DNA of 64,000 nucleotides from Oculina patagonica (Eukaryota): NCBI RefSeq assembly GCF_052425735.1, contig NC_135761.1, positions 63,922,001 to 63,986,000 of the forward strand, read 5' to 3'. Shown piece by piece: positions 1 to 10,971 of this stretch (position 1 is its first letter; each line of letters starts with the position of its first letter). The notes under the pieces were generated by a model. It saw only the letters and a program-made list of their open reading frames with translations, ran no database searches and was not told where the DNA came from. The position numbers and the translations under genes were made by a program.

Positions 1-276
1 CGAGTTTCGTTTTGGGGCAGGATTCGCTCATCCACGACTTGCAGTTTTCTGGCCAACCCTTCATCTTTCGCGCTCAACGAGTGTAATTTTCTTTTAATTT
101 CAGCGAGCGCGATCTTGGTTTCTTGGGCCGTGGACACAACAACCTCGTTATGGTCTCCAGTGATGAAAACTTTCCCATCCGCGGTAGTCTTGTTCACTGG
201 AGTTGACAAGACAATTTGGGGTAGAGCCACAAAAAATCAGGGACATAGAAAAACACATCAAATTTGTAGCGAACAT
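1..276 (-). CDS. First exon of a pentraxin-cluster paralog (signal peptide plus coiled coil); gene runs off the left edge; +1 frameshift in a T6 run near 231-236
   Basis: ATG at 276 (MFATNLMCFS...) and the VNKTTADGKVFITGDHNEVVVST motif, matching exon 1 of the copies at 4582, 39636 and 46619. One extra T shifts the frame. Confidence 0.7.
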
Positions 277-1181
277 GTCGAAGGAACGAAGCCTGCTGGT
301 AAGACTAAGGCACTTTGGTCGATAATAGAACATTTTATTTACTACAAAGTATATTGTTAATATAAACTAAACATGTTTCTTTTTCTCGATTTTAATGACG
401 CATTAGTTATTGTCAAATGAAGAGCCTATTATTTAAGTGTCACTGAACCTTGGCTAAAAAATTATATTCAAAACTAAAATATACCTCCTGACTGATTAGT
501 AAATTAAAATTGTTTAATTAAAATTTTTCTCATGTCAACAACATAATCTAAATTGACACCGTCGTGTCTGCAAATGTTATTTCTTCTTTTTGTGTGAAAA
601 ATAATTTGGTTAGAGTTAATTATCTTTTGACATTTGTTGGCAGCACACAAAAAAACGTTCGACTTTTTCGCTAACTCAAGCCAAATTCTGCTTTTCATTT
701 TTTTAAGCGATTCTTCGAGACTCCAGTGAATTCCTTTGAAGTCAGACAGAATCAGTGATAAAATATAAAAACCGTTCCAGACAGGGTTGCTGTGAAAGTG
801 TTCGTAAATTTGACCTTATTTCTGTTATTTTATGATCACGAAATTTCCATAGATTTCCATTCAACGTCTTTGACTCATCGCTTTTTGATGGCAAATTACA
901 CTGTAATTGCTCTACTTTGCAGGAACCCGGTTAATGGAGACTCTGTTAGCAGGGACTGAATTGCTCAATGGGCATTGCGCATGCGTTACTAAAGAAAGTT
1001 CCCTTGTTAGAGGCGCAGAGTAGTGATAAAGAGGAATGCGGCCTAAATTGTAACTAAACATTCGATCAAGCGAAAAATTTGATATTTTACGTGATGTAAC
1101 CGTTATAATGTTTACCAATGGCGCGAATGTTTTACCTTGCTGTAGATTCTGGGCTCAAAAAACATGTCAACTGCTAGTTAA

Positions 1182-1350
1182 GAATTGGTTCATGCTCAAA
1201 ACGCGTATATCGAGTTATGGATGCACGCAGGAAGCTTGGGAGCACGAGAGATGCGTAAGAGTTGAGAGAGAAGAAAAGAGTGTTCTCCAAACTTCCCAAG
1301 TGCATCCATAACGACTCGATATGCGCACAGCTAAAAGCATGAACCATTTA
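1182..1350. mobile_element. Short palindromic MITE-like repeat
   Basis: Ends tggttcatgct...agcatgaacca with inner IR ttatggatgcac/gtgcatccataa. Related copies at about 42385 and at 47677-52172 (split by nested inserts). Confidence 0.6.
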
Positions 1351-2442
1351 TTCTTTTACATAAAACAGACTAAAAGATCAACGCCAAGAAAAACTTCGAA
1401 AGTTCTTCGCTAGTTTCTTCCATTTTGTTATTGTACGTATTGTTGTGAAGATTGCCAGGAAGTAAGCGACAGGAACTCGCAGCTATAAAACTTGACGCAA
1501 ACTTTGCAGTTAAAATGCTCCTTCACACGTCATCTTATTACACGCACGGCCGGGCGTGTATACATGTAATAGACGATGAGGAACAAAAGCCGACAGTTTC
1601 TGTCAATTTTTGCTGGTGTGCCCTGTACATGTTACATAAGCAGTAAGAAATAAAGTTACTTGCTGTTGACTTGATCATTGAGTTTAGTTAACTGTTGCCT
1701 TCCAAAGGAAACAGAAAAACAGCAGCAGCTGTAAAATCAAGTCGTCACGACCGCTTATTTCCGCAGTTGTTTCGCGGTTTCATAAACTTCAAGTTTTTAA
1801 CAAGCTTTTTACAGAGACAAAAAAGCCTGCACTGGATTAGCTGCATTGATTGGTTCTTGTTTACAGTTGTTTCCTGCCATCATGCATGAACGGCTTTTAA
1901 CAAGCTTTGGTTTATGTCTTAAGATTGAACTAGCGCTATGGCAATATTTGAAAAGTTCCCTGCTTATTCCAGAATGTTTTCTCTTGGCTTCCGAATAATG
2001 TGAAAACATTCATCTTTGTAACTTGCAACTAGAAATCTTTTCTTGTGTACACTTGGGTCATGCGCAGTTTTTACTAGCAATGTCTGACTATGTTATATGA
2101 AAAACTAGTTTTAAAGCAAACGTGTTTCAAATTTTGTATTTTTCCAAGATAAACTGTATGTGAATCTGTCTTTGGAAAGCCTTTGCAAAGTTCGAATAAC
2201 ACTTTGGAAGTTGAAATTCACGAGAAAAGGTCGCATTGTTTTAGCCTCGCCCTTACCTAAAACAAAAAAAGACACAAATTGGAAAGATAGAAATCAAGGA
2301 AGGATGCTCGAATTTTGCCAAACACAAATAAAACAAACAAAAGATAGTTTCCCAAGTTTATTTTAAATGTTGCTCTACAATGCTTACATGTCACATCAGT
2401 GTGTATGTGCGGGAGCTGGCATCTTCATGGAGGTTTTTAACT

Positions 2443-4582
2443 CTAACATGACGGCTTTATTATCTTCACTGAGCCTTTCAAGTGAGCTTTAAAGTCGCTC
2501 CACTGAAACACGTTCCCCACCCCTGCCAGGCACGACTTGGACATGCGCGTGATTTCTTGGTCTTTTATCACGTGATCCCAGATGTTGACACCTGTCATTT
2601 CACCAATGAAACTTTGTTTGGCATCAAAGGTTCCTCCTTCCGAGTCTTGCTCCTGTCCTAGCACCAGGGCTCCTCCACCACGGATCACATAGCCTATGAA
2701 AATGCCAAGAGAAACGACGGTTAAGCTACCTTCTTTATTTAAACAGTAATTTCCCCTTTTCTTTCAAGCAAGATTCAAAAGTGAAAAACAAGTTCAAGCT
2801 CCTTTCACCCCATACTTTCCATCGTACCTTTTTTTGTCAAACAGACTTACAGAATACCAGAGAACGTAATCGTAATTGTACCAAAATGACATTGATTTTA
2901 CTCTGTGAAGTGCTGTTATGACTTGTATGTTACACAGTTAGTGAACTAGTCAAGAGTCATATTTGGTCAGGAACAGTTACTCAGTAGAAGAATCTACCTG
3001 TTTTAACACCTGTAGCAGAGAAAGCAACCTTGCCATCTTTGTACATCTTGCGTGATCCAGCGGTATTCTCCCACGTTGCGCAGATGTGGTGCCAGTTTCC
3101 ATCATTTGCAGATACGGAAGTTTTGCCGCTAAAGAGAACAACAAATAGCCTTAAAAAATCACGCACCTGACATCTTTTTATTCTTTATTTCTTATTTCCG
3201 CTGTTTGTTTGATTTTCTCACTAATTGTACAGGCACCCCGTCTGAAAAGTTTGCTTTAATGGACAAACATACCTAACAATTCAATGAAGAACTATCGTTA
3301 TAATTTTCTCTGATCGATTTGGCTTGAATGTATTTATTAAACTGCTGAATCCAGGGCAAGTAATGGCATGATTCACTAGAGGTTTCTCGTTACTTAAATC
3401 ATTTTATTCAGTCTATTTTGGCTTGGCTTTGGCTTTGGCGAATTTTATCATAATTCTAAGTTAATTTGTGCCATATGAGTAGAATGTTCACTTCTAGTAG
3501 CTAGACATCATTTGTACCTTTGAGTGCCTCCAATCCAGAACCAAAAATTTCTGTAGTCATGCAAAAGCAGTTCGTTGGTTGATCCCACATTGTAGCCCAG
3601 TGGTGTTCCTTCATTCCCTGTATCAGCGGTTTTCATCCACAGACAAACTGTCACGGCTGTGAGGCTTGGCATGCCACGTATGATGACGTAATCACTGGTT
3701 CCTTTTCGCGGGAACAGCAGAGCGTAACCTGCTGCGACTACAGTGAAATAAAAACAAATTCAATCAATCTTGTCTGCACTTCATATTTTTCTCTATAACT
3801 TCTGTAGGGAATTAGAAAGGATAGCCCACACTGTCTCGTCTTCACTAGATTTTATTCTTCTCCTCTTCGATTCTCGCTAGATTTCATAACTCTTTGACTC
3901 GACTGACTGAAAGATTATATCGACTAAAAGCTAAATAAATCACAAAACAATTGTTTCTTATCTTCGACGCACACCTTAGTTAAAGAACGCCATTTGGCTA
4001 GATACAAATCTTCTAGACGTAAGAATAAGAGAGATTTTCAGACAAACATTTCACAATCACTATATTTGATATCTATTGTATTATCCTGTGTCCGACACTT
4101 CAAGTATCGGGAATAAATTGGCTAAGTCGATAATAAAATCTATGAAATAAAAGCTGCCTTTTACTTTACTGATTCAACAGAGAATATTTGCAAAACCCGT
4201 TTTGCTAAGTCAAGGAGGTTGTTTCCAAGAGATGATTGTAATTGTGGAGGTTTAATATAAAGAATTTTGTGTGCGTGGCTAAAATTTGTCTTGTTTTATG
4301 TTATGTGGTCACTAATGTGAGGTGGATCGCTCAGGGAATTTAGACTATATACATGCCTTGTCCTTCCAAAATTGTTAATCTCTGAGACATCTTTTGAACC
4401 TGTGCGGATAGCGCTGCGATCTTCCCTTCTTGGGCCGTGGACACGACAACCTCGTTATGGTCTCCAGTGATGAAAATTTTCCCATCCGCGGTAGTCTTGT
4501 TCACTGGAGTTGACAAGACAACTTGGGGTCCAACCACAAAAACCAGAGACAGGGAAAAACACATCACATTTGTAGCGAACAT
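2443..4582 (-). CDS. Secreted pentraxin-domain protein, copy 1 (exons 4582-4357, 3737/3728-3518, 3128-2998, 2693-2443)
   Basis: Signal peptide and short coiled coil, then pentraxin motifs TVCLWMK, NDGNWHHICATWEN, LVLGQEQD and FIGEMTGVNIWD. Exon phases join (1,2,1); first donor is GC. Confidence 0.85.
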
Positions 4583-5368
4583 GTTGACGGAACGAAGCCT
4601 GTTGGTAAGACAGAGTCAATTTAGTCGGCGATAGATAATTTTATTAATTACAATGTATATCGCAAGTATTATGAATTAAACTTATCTAAACAAGTTTTTC
4701 TTTCTCGATTGTGAAGTCCGGAAATGACAGAAAATTATGAGAATTTTAGCTGGTGATGCAATAGCTACTAAGCAGACACCTGATTTAAACGGTCAATATT
4801 TCACATTATCGCGCGTGCAGGAATATGCTACGATCGCGATCGTTGTAAAGAAGGAGACGGCTATCAAACACGTTCTAACAATGATTAAAGAATGGAAGTT
4901 TTTGTAGTTACTACTTTGCTTCAGTACGGCAAACGCTTTTGAAACGGTTTTGGTATTCGCTAATTTTTGTTATTAAATCCTTCATAAAGTAAAGTGATTT
5001 TTACTTTTGCAATAAAATGTGTTTAGGTTCTGAGAGTTAAAGGCTTCAAATTTTGTCCAATTCAAGTACAAAACCAATCAGTCCTTTTACACTTTCAGCA
5101 ATTCAAAGAAAAAGGCTTCGTTTCAGTGGCCAACCACAACAACAGCAACAGATTACCAAGCAAATGAAATATTTTGAGGGGAAACAAAATATTTGAAGCC
5201 TAGCTAGCAATTGTACAACTTTACCTGAAAGCTCTTTGTCCTGTCTGAACTTCTCAACAGTTCAAAAGACTGTTTAGGTGATGTTCCTATAGTATGCCGG
5301 CTTAAGGGCATACATTCTACAACCTGGTTTGCATACCAGATATTGATTGGTAATAGCTGTCGGATCAT

Positions 5369-5947
5369 AAGGTCTCCGCACACGTGGGGACAAGACGCAG
5401 GGACATGTCCCAGCAACATGTAGCATGCAGCGACAAAATCATGACTTTATTCAGTGTTGTTCACACTGAGGGGACATGTAGCAGGGATGTGAAGCAGGGA
5501 CATGTAACAGCAAGAAAAACAAAATTTGTTCACACACAAGAAATTGTAGGGGGGACAAGCCCCAGGGACGTGTTGCAGCGACACGTCCCCTCGTCTGTGC
5601 TGATAACTTTTGGCATTCATTTGCTTTCCTGCATCATTTTGTCCCTGCGACATGTTGCACGAAGTTCAACGAGTTCAATTCGGTCCGTGCAACATGTCGC
5701 AGGGACAAAACAGCTTCAAAGTTCGTGTTGCGCTTGCCAAAAATAATCAGCACACGAGAAGGGGAGGTTTCGCTGCGACACGTCCCTGGGGCACATGCAT
5801 GTTCCCGCTACAGTTACTTGTCTGTGTACAAATTTTGATTTTGTTGCTGCTACATGTCCCCTCAGTGTGAACAACACATGATTTTGTCGCTGCTACATGT
5901 CGCTGCGACGTATCCCTGCGACATTTCCCCACGTGTGCGGAGACCTT
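5369..5947. mobile_element. Non-autonomous TIR element (PIF/Harbinger-like MITE)
   Basis: 22-bp TIR aaggtctccgcacacgtgggga / tccccacgtgtgcggagacctt, internal gggacatgt/acatgtccc repeats, imperfect TWA-like flanks. Confidence 0.7.
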
Positions 5948-7150
5948 TATAAGAGAGCATTGATTAATGTTTTAGGAGAACTCAAAACAGTAGCTGTAAA
6001 ATCAAGTCTTCACGAGCGCTTGTATCCAAAGTTGTTTTGTGGTATCAGTGACTTTTCAAAATACTTTTTGCAGAGACAAAAAAGCCTGCATTAGCATTCG
6101 CGTACTGCTTGTTTACAGTTGTGTCGTGCCATCATGCATGAACGGCTTTCAACAAGCTCATAAATATGAAGATAATCGTGAGTGGCTGGCAATCAAACAT
6201 GTCTATTTTAACATTCACATTCGACCGTTGTTTTCACAGTTGGTTCGTGATATTTGCAAAAAGCTTTTAGAGATGAAGATCAGTAATCGCAAGTGATTGA
6301 CAATCAAACATAACTGTTTTACATTTATAATCTGCTATTGTTTTCACAGTTGTTTTGCGGCATTACCAACTTTTTACCAAGCTTTAAGATATGAAGAAAA
6401 TCCGGAAGAGACTGATTCTAAAAAAGTGCATTGGCCCAGCGGTCTTCGCTGTGAAAATACAGGTACGCTATTTGTAAACACTCTCACCATTTTACGTTTT
6501 AAGCGATTATTTTGATTAAAATACAATAAATGATTAATTATAAAGGGTAACGATCGCTTGATCATTGTGAAGTGTCATTTTAAATTATTATTTTTTTCAC
6601 CATGCATTTTTCGCTTCGGGGAAAGGATATTTGAAGAAGATGTTTTCATTCAATAAGTTGTGTGATTTGAGCATAGGTTTTCTAAAACGGTCACTTCATC
6701 AGATGCATTCCCGCCACATCATGCTTTAGGCTAAAGGAGAACTGCTTCGATGTGTGTCTTTTGTGAAGGCTTTTGTATGCTAAAATAATTTTGGCTAAGA
6801 TACCTTCAACACCAACAACAAAAAGAAATACGTACTGATATTTTATGTTTTGAGCTAACAGTGTTTATGGAGTTGTCATGGTAAAAAACATTCATTTTCG
6901 GATTCTTTGTTTCTTTGATAGCGAAATTTTTTGTGATCTGAGATAAAAAATCTACTCCGGCCAGGACTGGTACAAGTACCCCGTATGTAACACAATTTTG
7001 ACAACGTGACTAATCATTGCTTGTTTGAGTGTTGTTTTCTTGCCAAGAACAACTGTGACTGAAATAATAGATTCTATACGCCCAATCTTAAAAGTAGTTC
7101 TTAAATTATTAATTATTTTTTTCACTATGCATTTTTCGCTTCAAGGAAAG

Positions 7151-7156
7151 GATATT
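7151..7156 (+). repeat. Left target-site duplication GATATT of the Maverick
   Basis: Identical GATATT at 27996-28001; single copy in paralogous empty sites (6626-6631, 43980-43985). Confidence 0.95.
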
Positions 7157-7228
7157 AGTAGTATAGGTAGGCGCTTTCACAGTGCTCCAATCAGATTGCA
7201 GGATTATGGCAGTGAACCAATCACAGGT

Positions 7229-7720
7229 CCGGATATAGACCACGTGATCCCTTAGGGACCCACGTGACCAACCCCTCCTACGTCATCACTTAATGAATTC
7301 AAGATGGCGGCTTTACTTTTAATTTATTCAACATGGTGAGCCCGGATATGGGTCACGTGGTACCTTAGGGACCCACGTGACCAAACCCTCCTACGTCATC
7401 ACTTAATGTATTCAAGATGGCGGCTTTACTTTTAATTTATTCAACATGGTGAGCCCGGATATCGACCACGTGGTTCCTTAGGGACCCACGTGACCAAACC
7501 CTCCTACGTCATCACTTAATGTATTCAAGATGGCGGCTTTACTTTTAATTTATTCAACATGGTGAGCGCGGATATGGGTCACGTGGTACCTTAGGGACCC
7601 ACGTGACCAAACCCTCCTACGTCATCACTTAATGTATTCAAGATGGCGGCTTTAATTTTAATTTATTCAACATGGTGAGCCTGGATATCGACCACGTGGT
7701 CCCATTGGGACCTACGTCAT
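7229..7720 (+). repeat. 113-bp tandem repeat (about 4.3 units) in left TIR
   Basis: ggatat recurs at 7231, 7344, 7457, 7570 and 7683. Units carry CACGTG x2, ACGTCA and CAAGATGGCGGC. Confidence 0.95.
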
Positions 7721-7729
7721 CAAAGCCCT

Positions 7730-7897
7730 CCGATATTCGATACTCGATACTCGACATTCGATACTCGATACTCGATACTCGATATTCGATACTCGATACT
7801 CGATTTTCGATATTCGATATTCGATATTCGATATTCGATACTCGATACACGATATTCGATATTCGATATTCGATTTTCGATATTCGATATTCGCGAT
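7730..7897 (+). repeat. 7-bp microsatellite (TCGATAY)n in left TIR
   Basis: About 24 units of tcgatat/tcgatac/tcgattt. Confidence 0.95.
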
Positions 7898-8181
7898 ACA
7901 CTCACACTTCATAGTGAGTTAGCAAGACCACCATCCCTTATATATTGCTCGCAAATTGCCATGCTTTTTCAAAGAATTTGGGTCGGCGATACTGAGAAAA
8001 AACACGCTTGTAAAGCTATTTTTTAAAAAATCACGTGAGAGAGGGGGGATGGGGGTATCCCCCTTTCTCGGGTGTACTGGGAACGAGTACGAGAGTTTTG
8101 TTTGTTTGCTCAAGTCGGTGATCGAATGCACATACGACAACATGTAAACGTTTAACCACGTCTTTATTGTGTTCAACAACA

Positions 8182-8547
8182 TTAAAGTTTCAACTTTTTC
8201 TTGGCTTGCATGATTCGTTTGACAATGCGTTCCGTCATGGTTTTACTTCCAGGTAATTTGTTGATGGCTTTAATCATTTTCTCGTCGGCTTTCCACTTGT
8301 CCCTTAGATTCTTGGCGTGACTGTAATCGATGTCGTGCTGTTTGGCGATCTTGTCTAATCGATTGATGCCCGGGTCCCCGCGTTTCAATCGCTTTGCCAA
8401 TTTGGTTCCGGGACCCATGTACTGATAACCGGGCCAGTGAAATTCGATTCCAGTCTTCCCGAGCCACTTCTGAATGTCGATCCCACGTCCGCGTTGTCGT
8501 CGCCGTGTCGTCTTTTTTTCAGTCCTCTTCTTCTTGGTCTTCGTCAT
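8182..8547 (-). CDS. Parvovirus VP1u-type phospholipase A2 with basic N-terminus
   Basis: HWPGYQYMGPGT (Ca-binding loop), LDKIAKQHDIDY (catalytic HD) and KAD. AATAAA on the minus strand at 8163-8168. Confidence 0.9.
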   Translation of the reverse strand: MTKTKKKRTEKKTTRRRQRGRGIDIQKWLGKTGIEFHWPGYQYMGPGTKLAKRLKRGDPGINRLDKIAKQHDIDYSHAKNLRDKWKADEKMIKAINKLPGSKTMTERIVKRIMQAKKKLKL

Positions 8548-9118
8548 ACTCCAATTTTCGTCTCAACTTTTTGCCTTTGGCCCAATCTTCCCAACCGGGT
8601 AATGGTTTCAGTTTCTCGGCTTCCGTTTTTCGCACAGCTGGCTTTTTCCTCGTCTTTAGTTTCTCTTCTAAACTCTTGAATCTCTCTGCCAATGTCGGTT
8701 TGCCCGCAGGTGCCGTTTTTGCTTTCTTTGTCGCCTTCGGGGTGACTGTGGGAGGTGATTTCTTGGCACTCCCTTTTATGAGTTGTTTCAACATGGTCTC
8801 CACGGGTCCCGTCACCAAACCTACATTCTCCAACTCCTCCTCCTCCTCCTCCGCTTCTTCGCCCGGCCGTCTGGCTGTTACTCCTCCCATGGGAAATTGA
8901 CGTATCCGTTTGGTCAAACGAGCCCGTTCGCGAGCGAGAGGTTTCACTCGTGCCACGGCGATACCGTCGGGAACGGATTTATCTTTTAACAGCAAGTGAC
9001 TTTCGGCTGCTATGCGAGCCGCTTTGTTCAACAATGCATTGTCCGTGATTTCGCCTTTGTAATATTGCACCAAACGATTCAAGTCTTTAGCGGGAACCAT
9101 CACGACTTCCTCGGTCAT
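8519..9118 (-). CDS. Maverick hypothetical protein (199 aa; acidic tract, Lys-rich C-terminus)
   Basis: Intact ATG ORF in the co-oriented viral gene block. Confidence 0.7.
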   Translation of the reverse strand: MTEEVVMVPAKDLNRLVQYYKGEITDNALLNKAARIAAESHLLLKDKSVPDGIAVARVKPLARERARLTKRIRQFPMGGVTARRPGEEAEEEEEELENVGLVTGPVETMLKQLIKGSAKKSPPTVTPKATKKAKTAPAGKPTLAERFKSLEEKLKTRKKPAVRKTEAEKLKPLPGWEDWAKGKKLRRKLEYDEDQEEED

Positions 9119-9422
9119 CTTTGAAGTATTCTTCTAACAAGCTTTCGTAACACCCTTGCCAGTAACGAACTTCCTCTTCTAACTTGTCTATGCGCCTTTT
9201 CAAGTCGCTTCTCGATGTACACTTGTCGCTACACTCCTTGCACAGTACTAGGGTCTTTCCTTCCGGAGTCTCTTGCCTCTCTCGAATGCAATCTTCGCAC
9301 TCTGCGTCGTATTTTAAAGCCAAATAGTCATGATTGACGCGGGCGTAGGCTTTGTGCCAATGGTCTGCTCTCTTTTCCCACTCTGCTTCTCTGTCCGCCG
9401 ATTCGCGTAACATTTTCATCAT
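9087..9422 (-). CDS. Maverick hypothetical coiled-coil protein with CxxC...CxxC (about 111 aa)
   Basis: CEDC...CKEC between coiled coils; ATG at 9422 overlaps the upstream TGA (ATGA). Confidence 0.65.
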   Translation of the reverse strand: MMKMLRESADREAEWEKRADHWHKAYARVNHDYLALKYDAECEDCIRERQETPEGKTLVLCKECSDKCTSRSDLKRRIDKLEEEVRYWQGCYESLLEEYFKDDRGSRDGSR

Positions 9423-9754
9423 TGTCTGGAGGGTGTTTTGCAGAGACATGCTTGGTAGATCTGTTGCAGTCCTTTCCAAAACCCGCTACCCTTCTGTGAC
9501 AGGAGACCTTCTCGCCTTCTCTTCAACGAGTTTCTGCGCTTACCCAGTTCGCGCAAGACCTTCTTATATCGTCGCAGCTTGGCGGTGATCGGTGGACTGA
9601 GCGGAATGCGGTTCTTGAGCAAATTCAATACCATCTCACTCACGGCGTTGATCTGATCGGCGTTGGCGTGCTGTAACATCTCTTCTCGCTTGAACCGATT
9701 GGCTTCTCTCAGAATGCTCTCCAAGAACGGACGCTGTCGACGTAATCGATTCAT
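9419..9754 (-). CDS. Basic Polinton core-like protein (about 111 aa)
   Basis: ANADQINAVSEMVLNLLKNRIPL...QKGSGFW pattern typical of a small Polinton protein; ATGA overlap at 9751-9754. Confidence 0.7.
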   Translation of the reverse strand: MNRLRRQRPFLESILREANRFKREEMLQHANADQINAVSEMVLNLLKNRIPLSPPITAKLRRYKKVLRELGKRRNSLKRRREGLLSQKGSGFWKGLQQIYQACLCKTPSRQ

Positions 9755-9954
9755 ACTTCCCACAGGGCTGGACGTCGGTTGTAACTACCGGTGACGCCCT
9801 TTGCCCCCATCCTCTTATAGCGTTTGTCCTTTCCCAATTTATAACCTAACTTGCCGGCAAACTTGAGTATGTCCAATAAACCCTCTCCTCTCCACACGGG
9901 TCCTCTTTTAGGTTGTTTTCGTCTTTTCCTTACTATCTTTCTTCCTCGCACCAT
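9751..9954 (-). CDS. Small Arg/Lys-rich core-like protein (67 aa)
   Basis: Basic N-terminus, WRGEG-LLDIL motif followed by an amphipathic helix. Confidence 0.65.
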   Translation of the reverse strand: MVRGRKIVRKRRKQPKRGPVWRGEGLLDILKFAGKLGYKLGKDKRYKRMGAKGVTGSYNRRPALWEV

Positions 9955-10011
9955 CTTGTCACAGAATGCAGTCTGTTGTAACTACCGGTGACGCCCAATG
10001 CCCCCATCCTC

Positions 10012-10230
10012 TTATAGTGTTTTTAATCTCTTTTTCTTTCGAGTGGCTGCATCCAAGGCTTTCTTTGCACCCCAACCTGCAGCACCCGATGCAGCACCCA
10101 AAGCGATTGCTTTTCCACCCGCGATCAAAGCTGGTATCAAGGCTGCTAAGGGTAAAATACCACCCTTCTGTCCTATTCTTCTCCTGCCAGCACGTCTCCG
10201 CCTTTGCGTCACACGTTTCTTTCTCCTCAT
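10012..10230 (-). CDS. Adenovirus pX/mu-like core protein (72 aa)
   Basis: Poly-Arg N-terminus then QKGG-ILPLAALIPALIA, resembling the adenovirus pX GG-ILPLLIPLIAAA pattern. Confidence 0.7.
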   Translation of the reverse strand: MRRKKRVTQRRRRAGRRRIGQKGGILPLAALIPALIAGGKAIALGAASGAAGWGAKKALDAATRKKKRLKTL

Positions 10231-10234
10231 GGTC

Positions 10235-10456
10235 CTATCGTCGTCGCGGTCTACGTCTATAATGATTTACATTATCCATTATCCCTTTAAATCCTTGACT
10301 GGCCAATTTACCACCCAACGTGAAGAATGTGGGTGAAGGACCCGAGAGAAACATGCTGGCCCCCTCGGCTATCTTGTCCACCAAACGATGTTTACGTCTC
10401 GCGAGAGCCCCACCTCGCTGCCTCTTTCTTCTGGCCTTACGTTTCGTTCTCCCCAT
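10235..10456 (-). CDS. Small Arg-rich core-like protein (73 aa)
   Basis: RKRQRGG-ALARR motif, basic termini. Confidence 0.65.
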   Translation of the reverse strand: MGRTKRKARRKRQRGGALARRKHRLVDKIAEGASMFLSGPSPTFFTLGGKLASQGFKGIMDNVNHYRRRPRRR

Positions 10457-10474
10457 CCTACCATAACTGTCACT

Positions 10475-10969
10475 TCAGACGGGGGTACCTTCGGATTTAT
10501 CGTGTTCTCTTTCGTACGCTTGCACGTACTTGTCGGCCACCGGCGGCGTGAAATCGGTGATCGTGTCATCTAGAGTTTGCATCTTGATCAAGAATCCTTC
10601 TAGTTCGTCCATCGGAAGACCGCGCGCGTACGTTCTCAATTCGATCAACGTCTTGTCGTAGGTGGTGTAGGCAAAACGACATACGTCCACTTTGAACGAA
10701 TATTTCTTGAAATCGTTCCAGCCCTTGACGACAGTCCCAGCTGAAGTTAGGCATGCCACAATAACACTATTTTCTGTAAGGGAACCCGCAATGATACCCG
10801 CTGCCACGATGAATAAAGCCAAAGCGTTCAATGAAGCATGGCACCACTTAAAATGGTAAAACATTTGACGATGACACCACCACTTTTTGTGGTAAAAGGT
10901 ATACAATCCGTCCAATCTGTGTAACAGGTCTGGATCCAAGGTCGTCTTCGACCCGTTTAGTAGGGACAT
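10475..10969 (-). CDS. Two-TM membrane protein with SLATT-like topology (164 aa)
   Basis: Hydrophobic hairpin LNALALFIVAAGIIAG / VIVACLTSAGTVV followed by a helical AYTTYDKTLIEL segment. Confidence 0.65.
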   Translation of the reverse strand: MSLLNGSKTTLDPDLLHRLDGLYTFYHKKWWCHRQMFYHFKWCHASLNALALFIVAAGIIAGSLTENSVIVACLTSAGTVVKGWNDFKKYSFKVDVCRFAYTTYDKTLIELRTYARGLPMDELEGFLIKMQTLDDTITDFTPPVADKYVQAYEREHDKSEGTPV

Positions 10970-10971
10970 CT

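Larger units (their letters stand above)
7157..8015 (+). repeat. Left terminal inverted repeat (859 bp; degenerate extension to about 8087)
   Basis: Reverse complement of 27137-27995. Confidence 0.95.

Noticed and set aside
7229-7720. CRISPR-like appearance of regularly spaced repeats
   Set aside because: Whole 113-bp units repeat with no unique spacers; no cas genes; eukaryotic context.
7638-7914. ORFs of (SIEYR)n / (IRYS)n type, also at 27238-27514
   Set aside because: Translations of the 7-bp TIR microsatellite, open in several frames on both strands.
9230-9260. Possible LxCxE Rb-binding motif (LVLCKEC)
   Set aside because: Spacing gives VxCxE and the Cys belongs to a CxxC pair.
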